Below are positions 21,159-30,322 of a stretch of DNA of 64,000 nucleotides, one piece after another. The position numbers and the translations under genes are program-made. The first letter of the stretch is position 1; each line of letters opens with the position of its first letter. Source of the DNA: a virus (Duplodnaviria > Caudoviricetes); the IMG/VR virus record IMGVR_UViG_3300031963_009887, positions 24,080 to 88,079 of that record; one strand, given 5' to 3'. Below the pieces are notes generated by a model. That model searched no databases. It was not told the DNA's origin and saw only the letters and a list, made by a program, of their open reading frames with translations.

Positions 21159-21240
21159 GTACAGACAAGAAAGAAAGTTTTGGGAAAAACTTTCAAAAAA
21201 GTTTAGTAACAACCCTCACGTAAAAATACCAAATGATTAA
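21130..21240 (+). CDS. Possible 36-aa basic peptide MKIQRTRKGKYRQERKFW...
   Basis: Hand-translated ORF filling an otherwise empty gap; overlaps the upstream stop. Confidence 0.3.
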   Translation: MKIQRTRKGKYRQERKFWEKLSKKFSNNPHVKIPND

Positions 21241-21277
21241 GTTGGTTTTTTAATTTTAATTTACTATATTTTCATTT

Positions 21278-21499
21278 ATGGATATGGATACACCAAAAAT
21301 GAATATTGACCTCAGAGAACAACCATCGGTTGTTTGTGAGGCTTGTGGACATGATATGTTCCGAGAAGTTACTTATATCAAAAAAGTTTCAAAACTATTA
21401 ACTGGTTCACACGAGGATACTATTGTACCATTTCCAACTTATTGTTGTGATAAGTGTTCACATGTGAATCAAGACTTTAAATTATTTGATAATGATTAA
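21278..21499 (+). CDS. Small zinc-ribbon protein
   Basis: CEACG ... CCDKCSH. Confidence 0.7.
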   Translation: MDMDTPKMNIDLREQPSVVCEACGHDMFREVTYIKKVSKLLTGSHEDTIVPFPTYCCDKCSHVNQDFKLFDND

Positions 21500-22274
21500 A
21501 AAACTCGTACACTTTTCAGATTTACACGTAAGGATGTTTAAAGACCATGATTTGTATCGTGGTATTTTAAATACAATGTTTGAACAATGGAGAGAAATTG
21601 CACCTGACCGTATTGTATTTACGGGAGATTTAGTCCATTCAAAGAATCAAATGACACCAGAACTAATTGAGTTTGTTGCTTGGACACTGACCGAATGTTC
21701 TAAGATTGCCAAAACAGTATTAATTATTGGAAACCATGATTTCCTTGAAAACAACTCATCAAGGTTGGATGCTCTATCACCAATTATTGATTCACTACAA
21801 AATGAACAAATAAATTATTATAAAAATAGAGGAGTTTATAAAGATGAAAATATTGATTGGGTGGTTTACTCACTTATGGACCACAACATTACACCCGACA
21901 TTGACCCGAATTCGCAAAATGTTAAGATTGGATTATTTCATGGACCGATTGTCGGTCTTACTACAGATGTTGGTTATAAATTTGAAGAAGGGTTCGATAC
22001 ACATCGTTTTATGGGTTGTAGCCTTGTGCTTTGTGGTGATATCCATAAGCGCCAAGTCTTTGATATTCCCGGCCAAAAGAAAGCTTATATGGTTGGGTCA
22101 ACGATTCAACAAAATTTTGGTGAAACAGTAAAGTCACATGGATACGGTATTTATGATGTTGAAAATGATAAATACGAATTTGTGGATTTAGAAAACCCAA
22201 AACCTTTCTTGGTATTCAAAATGGATGATTATTCTATTATTGAATCAGGGACTGAAAAACTTCACAACTATTAA
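21492..22274 (+). CDS. SbcD/Mre11-like metallophosphoesterase nuclease (T4 gp47-like)
   Basis: SDLH, GDLVH, GNHD, FHG, GDIH; upstream of an SbcC-like ATPase. Confidence 0.85.
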   Translation: MIKKLVHFSDLHVRMFKDHDLYRGILNTMFEQWREIAPDRIVFTGDLVHSKNQMTPELIEFVAWTLTECSKIAKTVLIIGNHDFLENNSSRLDALSPIIDSLQNEQINYYKNRGVYKDENIDWVVYSLMDHNITPDIDPNSQNVKIGLFHGPIVGLTTDVGYKFEEGFDTHRFMGCSLVLCGDIHKRQVFDIPGQKKAYMVGSTIQQNFGETVKSHGYGIYDVENDKYEFVDLENPKPFLVFKMDDYSIIESGTEKLHNY

Positions 22275-22275
22275 T

Positions 22276-22932
22276 ATGGAACACAAAATAACTCTATCTT
22301 ATTCTGAACAACAGGAGGTTGAGTTATTTTGCAAACTTAATAACATCACAATTGATGAGTTGATTAAGAAATCATTCAAGACCGGATATAACATTGAAAA
22401 GTACGGACTTGTGGGAAATATGGGTGGGATTCAAGAAAAATGGGTGGAAAAGGAGGTAATCCGTGAAAAACGGGTGGAAATTCCTGTTGAAGTGATTAAA
22501 GAGGTTGAAAAAATTGTTGAAGTTATTAAAGAAGTACCTGTTGACCGAGTGGTTATCAAAGAGGTTCCTGTAGAGACCGTTGTAACAAAAATAGAATATA
22601 TTAGTGACAAAACAAGTGAGAATGAACTGTTGTTAAAAATACAACAGTTAGAATCTGAAAAAAAAATATTTTCCACTAAAATAGAAGAATTAGAGTCAGA
22701 ACTAGTAGTATTTTCCACTAAGATGACAGAAATGGAAAATATTTTCCACGATAACAACAATTCACAACAATTGCAAAATACAATTCAATCTTTAATGAAG
22801 AACCTTAGAGATAAGAATATTGAGATTGATGAGTTGAACAAAAAATTAACAGAACAACAAAAAAATAATGAAATAAACGAGAGGGCAAAGTATTTACGTT
22901 CCTCAAATTTAGATGATACTTTATACAAATAA
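22276..22932 (+). CDS. Coiled-coil protein with V/E/K-rich (VEVIKEV-type) repeats
   Basis: EIPVEVIKEVEKIVEVIKEVPVDRVVIKEVPVE followed by heptad-rich sequence. Confidence 0.7.
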   Translation: MEHKITLSYSEQQEVELFCKLNNITIDELIKKSFKTGYNIEKYGLVGNMGGIQEKWVEKEVIREKRVEIPVEVIKEVEKIVEVIKEVPVDRVVIKEVPVETVVTKIEYISDKTSENELLLKIQQLESEKKIFSTKIEELESELVVFSTKMTEMENIFHDNNNSQQLQNTIQSLMKNLRDKNIEIDELNKKLTEQQKNNEINERAKYLRSSNLDDTLYK

Positions 22933-22940
22933 TTTAAAAT

Positions 22941-23273
22941 ATGTGGTTAACAATTTGGATTTTAATGGCTTATGGAATGAGTCAAATTTTAGTTTACGGT
23001 TCAATATTTGAATCCTTAAGAGCTGGTCTTTATAAATGGGGAGCAGATGAATATGCACCATTTCAATCATTAGGTGAATTTTTATCAGGATTACTGAAAT
23101 GTATGATGTGTACATCAACATGGGTTGGATTTTTTATGAGTTTGGTGTTGTTTTCACCGACCAAGTATTGTTTTGATACAAACATAATTGCAAGTACATT
23201 TTTTGATGGTATGTTAGCATCTGGTTCAGTTTGGGCGGTCAACGCAATCATTGAATGGTTCGAAAAAAAATAA
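22941..23273 (+). CDS. Membrane protein, DUF1360-like
   Basis: Hydrophobic segments and LLKCMMCTSTWVG (CxxC..W). Confidence 0.6.
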   Translation: MWLTIWILMAYGMSQILVYGSIFESLRAGLYKWGADEYAPFQSLGEFLSGLLKCMMCTSTWVGFFMSLVLFSPTKYCFDTNIIASTFFDGMLASGSVWAVNAIIEWFEKK

Positions 23274-23295
23274 CCTAATTTAAATCTAAAATACG

Positions 23296-23333
23296 GTCCT
23301 TGTAAGCGAAAGTTTACAGGGACTTCTTTTTTT
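23296..23333 (+). terminator. Intrinsic terminator with a GAAA loop
   Basis: gtccttgtaa-gc-gaaa-gt-ttacagggac followed by a T run. Confidence 0.75.
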
Positions 23334-23380
23334 AATCATTTATTTTTCTTATACTTAAACAACATTAATATTTTTCACAG

Positions 23381-23587
23381 ATGCCAAAATCAAGAAATAG
23401 AAAAGACCACAAAAAGAAAGTGCAACAACGAAACACTCAGATTGACCAATTGGGTAAGATGTATCAAAAAATGTATAATCAGAAAATGGTTGAACATTTG
23501 AAAGCATTACATGAGGAACACATAAAAAATTCAGGAACCACAGAAAATGATGGACCTATTCAACCCACCGATAGTACCGAACTTTAA
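23381..23587 (+). CDS. Small protein with a basic N-terminus (MPKSRNRKDHKKK)
   Basis: ORF track; operon position. Confidence 0.6.
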   Translation: MPKSRNRKDHKKKVQQRNTQIDQLGKMYQKMYNQKMVEHLKALHEEHIKNSGTTENDGPIQPTDSTEL

Positions 23588-25916
23588 ATTTATGACACAC
23601 AAATTAGATGTAAGTAAACTTGAAAATCCATATGTCCAAGTGGTGTGGGAGGATACTGCTGAAAATTTCACACAAGAAAGAATCAAAAGTGTTAGAACAT
23701 ACTTCTCAAAGAAATATAACTCAACAAACATAAACGTATTAACCAAAGTTAAAACATCTAGTGATGTAAAACAAACTGTGGACGTTTCGTTCAATATAAT
23801 GGACCGAAACTACCAGATTGAATTGATGAAAGAACTTCTTAAACAGAAGGGACAAGATAACATATTTGATGATGTTATTAAGTTGGATACTGCGGTTGAA
23901 AATAAAATGACATCACAAGAGGTTACCGCATTTAAAAAGTGGTACATTAAGAAAATTGAGTTTTCAAACTTCTTGTCTTATGGTGAAAATCAGGTGCTAG
24001 ATTTTGACCAATGTAATGGTATCACAGTTGTTGAGTCAGACCCACCAAACTTTGGTGGAAAGACGGTCTTAACTGTCGACTTGTTACTTTTCTTATTCTT
24101 TAACACCACAACCAAGACAACCAAAGCCGAAGAAATTTTCAACAGATTTTCTGATAAGAACAAAGTATCAGTTAGGGGTGACATTATGATTGATGGTGAA
24201 GAATACATTATTGTTCGTCAAATTGAAAGAAAAAAAGCCAAATCAGGTGAATGGAATGTAAAAACTGAATTGGACTTCTTTAAAAAACTTGCTGATGGAC
24301 AATTACAAAATTTCACAGGTGAACAAAGAAGGGAGACCGAAAGTTTCATCAAGAATTCAATTGGGGATATTGATGACTTCTTAATGACAATCTTGACCAC
24401 AGCGTCAAATTTGGAAGACTTATTGGAAGCCAAACCAACCGCTCGTGGTCAGGTCTTATCAAGATTTTTGGGTCTTGAATTCTTGAAGAAAAAAGAAGAG
24501 ACTGGTAAGGAACTCTACTCTGAATTTAACAAATCAATGATGTCGAATGTCTATAATACCGAGACATTAAAATCTGATATTATAGATTTAGAAGGTAAAA
24601 TTGTAAGCTATGAAAATGAAAACAAAGATTTAGATGTCAAGATTTTAGATGCAGATACAAGGTTAACAAAAGGTAGGGATTACAAAGAAGGGTTGATTTC
24701 ACAAAAATACAATGATATCGACCACGAATTGTTAGTTCTTAATTTGTCAACACTTGAATCCGAGATTACAACTCTCAAAGGAAAGATTAATACAACCAAA
24801 TTACAAATCAAAGAAGTTGATGTGGTTGAACCATCAAAGTACTTTAAAGAGGATGAGTATGATTTAATTAAAGAATCTTACAATGACAATTACAAACAAA
24901 AAACACTTGTTGATGTAAAGATTAACGAATTGGTCCAATTGTCCAAGACAGTGTCAGGTGGAATCAAATGTGAACACTGTGGAATTGATTTAATGAACGC
25001 AGCTTTAACACAAGCTAAACTTTCAGAAATAGACTCCCTGAAGGAACAAAGTGAAAACCTAAATTGTGTTTTAATAGAACTTAATACAAAAGAAAAAGAA
25101 TATGTACAAATTAAGAAAGAATTCGAACAATACGAGAAGAGCAAACTCATCAAAGAAAAGTATGAACTTACTCTTGAGGCAGACGGTCTCAAGCTCGCCA
25201 ATGCTGAGGGGAAACTTGAAAGATATCACCAAGTTCAAACAAAGATTGAAAAGAACAAGAGCATTGAAGAACAAATCATTAAAGCTAATCTTCGCATAGA
25301 AGAAATTGAACGTGAAAAAACATCTCACACATCTAAAATATCTTCCAACAAAACGATGATTCAGAATTGTGAACGTGATATCAAAAACAAACAAGGTATC
25401 ATAACACAAATTGCATCCGAGTTCGAAAAAGAAAAGATTTATAAAACCTACTTGGAAATCTTTGGTAAGAACGGTATTTCAAAAATGATTATGAAAACCA
25501 TGACACCATTGATTAACGATGAGTTACAAAGATTGTTACAAGATAGTGCGTTCTTTAAACTTGAAGTTAGAATTAATGACAAGAATGAAGTTGAATTTGT
25601 GATGGTTGACAATGGAACAGGTGTTGAAAAACTAATGGCAAGTGGTTCAGGTTTTGAAAGAACAATTGCATCATTGGCACTTAGAGCGGTATTGAGTAAA
25701 GTATGTTCATTACCTAAACCAAACATAGTTGTATTTGACGAGGTGTTTGGTAAGGTATCAAACGAAAACCTTGACATGGTAGGGGAATTTTTTACTAAGA
25801 TTAAGGATTACTTTGAAAAAGTGTTTGTAATTACCCACAACCCATTGGTATCAAATTGGTCGGACAACGTAGTTAAGATTAAAAAAGAAGATAATATTTC
25901 AAAGGTAATACAGTAA
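23547..25916 (+). CDS. SbcC/Rad50-like SMC-family ATPase (T4 gp46-like)
   Basis: IEFSNFLSYG, Walker A-like NFGGKT, central coiled coil with CEHC hook, Walker B VVFDEVFG, ITHN. Confidence 0.85.
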   Translation: MMDLFNPPIVPNFKFMTHKLDVSKLENPYVQVVWEDTAENFTQERIKSVRTYFSKKYNSTNINVLTKVKTSSDVKQTVDVSFNIMDRNYQIELMKELLKQKGQDNIFDDVIKLDTAVENKMTSQEVTAFKKWYIKKIEFSNFLSYGENQVLDFDQCNGITVVESDPPNFGGKTVLTVDLLLFLFFNTTTKTTKAEEIFNRFSDKNKVSVRGDIMIDGEEYIIVRQIERKKAKSGEWNVKTELDFFKKLADGQLQNFTGEQRRETESFIKNSIGDIDDFLMTILTTASNLEDLLEAKPTARGQVLSRFLGLEFLKKKEETGKELYSEFNKSMMSNVYNTETLKSDIIDLEGKIVSYENENKDLDVKILDADTRLTKGRDYKEGLISQKYNDIDHELLVLNLSTLESEITTLKGKINTTKLQIKEVDVVEPSKYFKEDEYDLIKESYNDNYKQKTLVDVKINELVQLSKTVSGGIKCEHCGIDLMNAALTQAKLSEIDSLKEQSENLNCVLIELNTKEKEYVQIKKEFEQYEKSKLIKEKYELTLEADGLKLANAEGKLERYHQVQTKIEKNKSIEEQIIKANLRIEEIEREKTSHTSKISSNKTMIQNCERDIKNKQGIITQIASEFEKEKIYKTYLEIFGKNGISKMIMKTMTPLINDELQRLLQDSAFFKLEVRINDKNEVEFVMVDNGTGVEKLMASGSGFERTIASLALRAVLSKVCSLPKPNIVVFDEVFGKVSNENLDMVGEFFTKIKDYFEKVFVITHNPLVSNWSDNVVKIKKEDNISKVIQ

Positions 25917-25920
25917 TTAG

Positions 25921-25952
25921 TTTGGTTAATTGCGTATTTAGTAGTATCTTTG
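25921..25952 (+). promoter_or_regulatory. Bacteroidota-type promoter TTTG-N20-TATCTTTG
   Basis: Consensus match upstream of the 43-aa ORF. Confidence 0.75.
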
Positions 25953-25959
25953 TATTGTT

Positions 25960-26091
25960 ATGGAAAAGAAAGATTGGAAACAGGGTTTATCAGACGGACA
26001 CATCGCACAAATTGTTCGTAGAAAAAATGTTGTGAGGGTTGTAAAATCCAAAAAAGTATATTCAAGAAAACAAAAAACCTCCTATGATTAA
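25960..26091 (+). CDS. 43-aa basic peptide (..VRRKNVVRVVKSKKVYSRKQK..), weakly ArfA-like
   Basis: Hand-translated; bracketed by its own promoter and terminator. Confidence 0.65.
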   Translation: MEKKDWKQGLSDGHIAQIVRRKNVVRVVKSKKVYSRKQKTSYD

Positions 26092-26105
26092 TAGGAGGTC
26101 TTTTT
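26077..26105. terminator. Intrinsic terminator between convergent genes
   Basis: acctcctat-gatta-ataggaggt with A and T runs on either side. Confidence 0.8.
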
Positions 26106-26142
26106 ATTTCTTGGTAATCGGAGGATTTAGTCCTCAATAATT

Positions 26143-26427
26143 TTAATCAATTTTATTCATCATAAAATCAAATACTTGGTCTATATTTGTTTTCGCTTCG
26201 GAAATGTGGTCATCAGCCCAATCATGTCCGTCTTGTATAATAGAGTCAACCATTTGTGGGTCTAATTCTAATAACAATCCTAATTGTCTATGCATCTGTT
26301 CAATGTTACCAAAAAACATATAGTTAGAAACATTCATATCGTTTCCTTCCTTAATATTTTTTTTGGTTTTATTAAGTTTTTTAGCTATATTTGCTAATTG
26401 ATTTTCAGTAATAATAATCTGTTTCAT
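26143..26427 (-). CDS. Hypothetical protein with leader MKQIIITENQL
   Basis: ATG 26427 with TATTTAT 5 nt upstream on the minus strand. Confidence 0.75.
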   Translation of the reverse strand: MKQIIITENQLANIAKKLNKTKKNIKEGNDMNVSNYMFFGNIEQMHRQLGLLLELDPQMVDSIIQDGHDWADDHISEAKTNIDQVFDFMMNKID

Positions 26428-26440
26428 AAAATATAAATAT

Positions 26441-26998
26441 ATGTCAAATAAAAAAAGAGAAGTTGTAGGTACAAAGTATTTCCTGTTGTTGTTCGGTGAT
26501 TTTAAAAACAATAACTTTCTATTAGAACAAATTTTAGGACAATTTGAACCTGTTTTATGTTCAAATTTTATGAAGTTTCATTTTACAGATGAATATGTGA
26601 TTTCACATTTCGAAACAGAAGAGACACCAAAGGATATCAAAGAGTTCTGTAAAATTGTGTTAGAAGATATAATTGACAATTATATTTTATTACCACACAA
26701 TAAAAATATATTAGTATCGTTACCTAAAGACATTGAAGATGACTTAATGGATTTAGATAATGAAAACACGCTAAAAACTGACAAATTGTCCGAAAATACT
26801 GACATAAAACACATATCTGAAGTCATGGAACATGTTTTGACCAACTTGTTTGGTTCCAAAAATGAACCTGATGATATATATGAACAGGCAAACGTGCCAA
26901 CATTAGACGAACTATTAGACAAAATAAAAACAGTCGGAATCGACAAACTAACAAACCAAGAAAAAGAACTACTTTATGACTACTCCAGAGCTATCTAA
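26441..26998 (+). CDS. Hypothetical protein
   Basis: 185-aa ORF overlapping the sigma gene start; C-terminal LDELLDKIKTVGIDKLT motif. Confidence 0.7.
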   Translation: MSNKKREVVGTKYFLLLFGDFKNNNFLLEQILGQFEPVLCSNFMKFHFTDEYVISHFETEETPKDIKEFCKIVLEDIIDNYILLPHNKNILVSLPKDIEDDLMDLDNENTLKTDKLSENTDIKHISEVMEHVLTNLFGSKNEPDDIYEQANVPTLDELLDKIKTVGIDKLTNQEKELLYDYSRAI

Positions 26999-27803
26999 AA
27001 ACCACCAAACAACTAAGAACACAGGTTCTATTAACCAAGAAGAAATTTCATCATACCTTAAGGACATTCGTAAACTAAAAGTAATGACACCTGACCGTGA
27101 ACGTCAACTGTCAGATTTGATTTTAGATATAAATTGTACTGAGCGTCAAAAACAACAGATTCACAAAGAATTACTCGAAGGTAATTTACGTTTTGTAATT
27201 ACAGTTGCTAAACAATACCAAAATCAAGGATTAGACCTTTCAGATTTGATTGCTGAAGGGAACTTAGGATTAATAAAAGCCATTCAAAACTTCGATTGGA
27301 CTAAAAAATTACGTTTTATTTCATACGCTGTTTGGTGGGTTAAACAATCAATCTTACAATCCCTTAATGAAAACGCACGAACAATTCGTCTTCCTGTAAA
27401 TGTGGTTCAAGAGCTACACAGGGCAAAGAAAGAAGTCGATAAAGGTATTTCGGAACTCGACAGTAGATTAGCCACACTCCCAACTACAATTAATTTGCAA
27501 CAAACAATTAATGAAGATGGTGATACACTTTTGGATATGATTATTAACCAAAACGCTTCAATGCCTGACGAAGGGTTGAATACTGAGGAAATGTTAAAAG
27601 AAAAACTACTTTCCATTTTGAGCATCTTGGATGAACGTGAAAGAATTATTGTTGAGGACTATTTTGGACTAACTGGAACTCCAAGAACACTTGAAGACAT
27701 CGGTAATGATTTTAAATTGACTAAGGAAAGAGTTCGTCAAATTAAAGAAAAAGCGTTACGTAAATTACGTAATGAGTGTTCAACATTATTTGACTATTTA
27801 TAA
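26976..27803 (+). CDS. RNA polymerase sigma70 factor, short RpoD-like type lacking region 1.1
   Basis: EGNLRFVITVAKQYQNQGL..DLIAEGNLGL, FISYAVWWVKQSILQ, RTIRLP, TLEDIG..LTKERVRQIKEKALRKLR. Confidence 0.92.
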   Translation: MTTPELSKNHQTTKNTGSINQEEISSYLKDIRKLKVMTPDRERQLSDLILDINCTERQKQQIHKELLEGNLRFVITVAKQYQNQGLDLSDLIAEGNLGLIKAIQNFDWTKKLRFISYAVWWVKQSILQSLNENARTIRLPVNVVQELHRAKKEVDKGISELDSRLATLPTTINLQQTINEDGDTLLDMIINQNASMPDEGLNTEEMLKEKLLSILSILDERERIIVEDYFGLTGTPRTLEDIGNDFKLTKERVRQIKEKALRKLRNECSTLFDYL

Positions 27804-27833
27804 AAATTTGGTATTTATTAATAAAAAAACATT

Positions 27834-28094
27834 ATGAAAAAGATTAAAGAAAATTTAGAGTGGATTCTTTTGGTCGTTTTAGTACTGGTATTATTCCGTA
27901 CTTGTGGAACAGGTTCTGAAGTTTCAAGATTAAAAAAACAAGTTGATTCTATTAACTCAAAAATTGTTACAGAACAAAAGATGAAAGAAATTATCAAGAC
28001 AACACCTAATTGGAAAACTCTTGAAATTGAAGAACTTAGTGACAAGGAACACGTTCCGATTAATCACTATAAAAACGAAGAAGATAAAAAATAA
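27834..28094 (+). CDS. Small membrane-anchored protein
   Basis: N-terminal TM (WILLVVLVLVLF) followed by Cys; TATTTAT upstream. Confidence 0.65.
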   Translation: MKKIKENLEWILLVVLVLVLFRTCGTGSEVSRLKKQVDSINSKIVTEQKMKEIIKTTPNWKTLEIEELSDKEHVPINHYKNEEDKK

Positions 28095-28906
28095 TGAAGA
28101 ACTTGAAGAATTGGGTTAGAGAAAATCTAAAAGGAATTATTGCTACGTCATTTACAATTCCTATTTTATTAGTTGCCTTTGTTTCCATTAGTCACGTAAC
28201 AACTTTTTATGGTTTAACTAACCCTTTTTCTTGGGCAATTTATTTGTCCGTAGCAATTGAAATTGCCGCTCTTGGAGCACTTGCTGGTATTTCAGCGAAC
28301 ATGGGTAGATTTGTCTATGTTCCATTTTTGATTGTAACTTTTATTCAGTTTGTTGGTAACGTATTTTTTGCTTATTCATTTATTAATCAGACAAGTGATT
28401 TATTTAAACAATGGGTCGAATTATCGGGTCCGTTACTCGAAACATTTGGAGTTGACATTACAGACATGTTAGCACAAAAAAGATGGTTAGCTTTAATTTC
28501 AGGTGGAATGTTACCATTAATATCCTTAACATTTGCACACATGTTGGTTAAGTATTCTGAACAAACAAAAATTGAAACTATACCAATGGTCGAAGTTACC
28601 GATGAAATTATTGATGAGATATCTAAAGAAGCTGGTAAAAAAGAAAAAGAAATTGTTGAAAAATATCAACCATACATACCAACTCAAGATGATTTGAATA
28701 AATTACAAGAGTTATTCGAAAAAAAATACAATCAAAAGACTGAAATTAATGAACCAGTAACTGATACTGTAAATGATACTGTAAATGATACTGTAAATGA
28801 AGTTATACCTCCTACACCTACACCATCAGAACAATTATACTTTGTAGATGACGAACCTGTTATTGAACCACAAATAAACAGATTAGTTTATACGAAGAAT
28901 GACTGA
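28094..28906 (+). CDS. Multi-pass membrane protein with an acidic tail (holin-like position)
   Basis: About 4 hydrophobic segments; gatactgtaaat x3 micro-repeat (DTVN)3; precedes the amidase-like gene. Confidence 0.6.
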   Translation: MKNLKNWVRENLKGIIATSFTIPILLVAFVSISHVTTFYGLTNPFSWAIYLSVAIEIAALGALAGISANMGRFVYVPFLIVTFIQFVGNVFFAYSFINQTSDLFKQWVELSGPLLETFGVDITDMLAQKRWLALISGGMLPLISLTFAHMLVKYSEQTKIETIPMVEVTDEIIDEISKEAGKKEKEIVEKYQPYIPTQDDLNKLQELFEKKYNQKTEINEPVTDTVNDTVNDTVNEVIPPTPTPSEQLYFVDDEPVIEPQINRLVYTKND

Positions 28907-29459
28907 ATCAAAAAAGAAAAAATTAATAATTTTAAGCCACACATCAAGGGTGGGAAAAGATTATTTAACGTCACTAGATTTTAGAAATAATGGGAAGTAT
29001 GACCGACTTCCCAATTATGTTATATTAAAGGATGGTTCAGTTGTTGAGACATTATCACCTGAAAAATCCTCAGAGTTTTTAGAAGATAAAAAACTTGGTG
29101 ATAAATCAATTGTTATTTGTTTAGAAAACTTAGGTTGGGTAAATAAAAATTTACTATCAACAACTTATTCAAATTGGTTGGGAAACAAAGTTACAGATGT
29201 TCATGAAAGAAAATGGAGAAACAAATATTTTTGGGACAAATACAGTGAAGAACAATTACAAAGTTTGGTTAAATTGTGTACTACATTATGTGAAGAATTC
29301 AAAATACCAAAAAAATTTATAGGTCATAATACCAAATTAAACGGGGTTGAAAAATTCAACGGAATAATTAATAGAAGTAATTTGTCAGAAGATTACACAG
29401 ATTTGTCGCCAGCTTTCAACTTCGTATATTTATTAGAAAACTTTAATGATGAACAATAA
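28899..29459 (+). CDS. N-acetylmuramoyl-L-alanine amidase (Amidase_2)-like protein, possibly degenerate
   Basis: IILSHT, NYVILKDGSVVE, SIVICLE, YSEEQLQSLVKLC..LC..FKIP, TDLSP. Confidence 0.6.
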   Translation: MTESKKKKLIILSHTSRVGKDYLTSLDFRNNGKYDRLPNYVILKDGSVVETLSPEKSSEFLEDKKLGDKSIVICLENLGWVNKNLLSTTYSNWLGNKVTDVHERKWRNKYFWDKYSEEQLQSLVKLCTTLCEEFKIPKKFIGHNTKLNGVEKFNGIINRSNLSEDYTDLSPAFNFVYLLENFNDEQ

Positions 29460-29976
29460 TCAATACGACGAAATTAAAGACCTTTTGAAAAGGTCAAGAT
29501 TACTAACAGAACAACCAATAGGTGCACCAAATATCGGTGCTGATATTGAAGAAAAAATTGACCAAGATGAACAAAAAACACCAAAAGACCAATACAAAAA
29601 GTATAGAGTTTCAGGTGGTATCTTAGTTATTCATGGTACAAACGCTACTGAAACATCAATCACTACTGATGATAAAACAACATTCCAAGAGACAATGGAC
29701 GAATTTGTTTCTGAAGTATCTGATTTGACAGATTTTGGTCCTTTAAACTTGTATAAAAATTCTGTAGAATGGAGTGGTAAAATTATTGACCACGATATTG
29801 AATTTTTTATGACAATTGGTGAACAAAATGGTGTATATATTAATGGTAACCAATTAAAACTCGACGAGAAGTTTATGGATACTATTAGTAAACTAACAGG
29901 ATATTATGAGAAGTTCAAATCTAAATGGGCTAAGGTAATTGCCGGAAGAAAGAAAACATCAGTAAAGGAAAATTAA
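29446..29976 (+). CDS. Hypothetical protein
   Basis: ORF track; N-terminal IKDLLKRSRLLTE motif. Confidence 0.7.
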   Translation: MMNNNQYDEIKDLLKRSRLLTEQPIGAPNIGADIEEKIDQDEQKTPKDQYKKYRVSGGILVIHGTNATETSITTDDKTTFQETMDEFVSEVSDLTDFGPLNLYKNSVEWSGKIIDHDIEFFMTIGEQNGVYINGNQLKLDEKFMDTISKLTGYYEKFKSKWAKVIAGRKKTSVKEN

Positions 29977-29977
29977 T

Positions 29978-30322
29978 ATGAAAAGAACAATTATTGAAAT
30001 TGTTGTGGTATTGTTATTCATTGGTTATATCATTATGACCCAACCTAAACCTGTTAATTTATCTAAAGTCAATGATTTGGAAAAACAATGTGATTCATTA
30101 AATCTTCTGATTGGAAAAAATAAATTAATGGTTGATAGTATTGCAGAAGAGACTAAAAAACTTCACGACAAAAATTTACAACTTAATAATAAACTTGGTG
30201 ATTTAAACCAAAAAACAAAAAAATTAAAAGAACAACATGAAAAAGATATTGCTCATCTTAACAGTCTTTCTGACAATGATGTCGCCGATTTATTCGCAAA
30301 AGAGTTCGCCGAACTTAAGTAA
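29978..30322 (+). CDS. N-terminally anchored coiled-coil protein (spanin-like topology)
   Basis: TM followed by heptads; overlaps the next gene by 86 nt in another frame. Confidence 0.5.
   Translation: MKRTIIEIVVVLLFIGYIIMTQPKPVNLSKVNDLEKQCDSLNLLIGKNKLMVDSIAEETKKLHDKNLQLNNKLGDLNQKTKKLKEQHEKDIAHLNSLSDNDVADLFAKEFAELK

Noticed and set aside
24890-25777. Several 100-112 aa minus-strand ORFs within the SbcC gene (and similar short nested ORFs throughout)
   Set aside because: Fully nested antisense to well-supported genes, with no motifs or upstream signals
28763-28800. (gatactgtaaat)x3 as an iteron or operator array
   Set aside because: In-frame coding micro-repeat (DTVN)3 in a disordered protein tail; not intergenic
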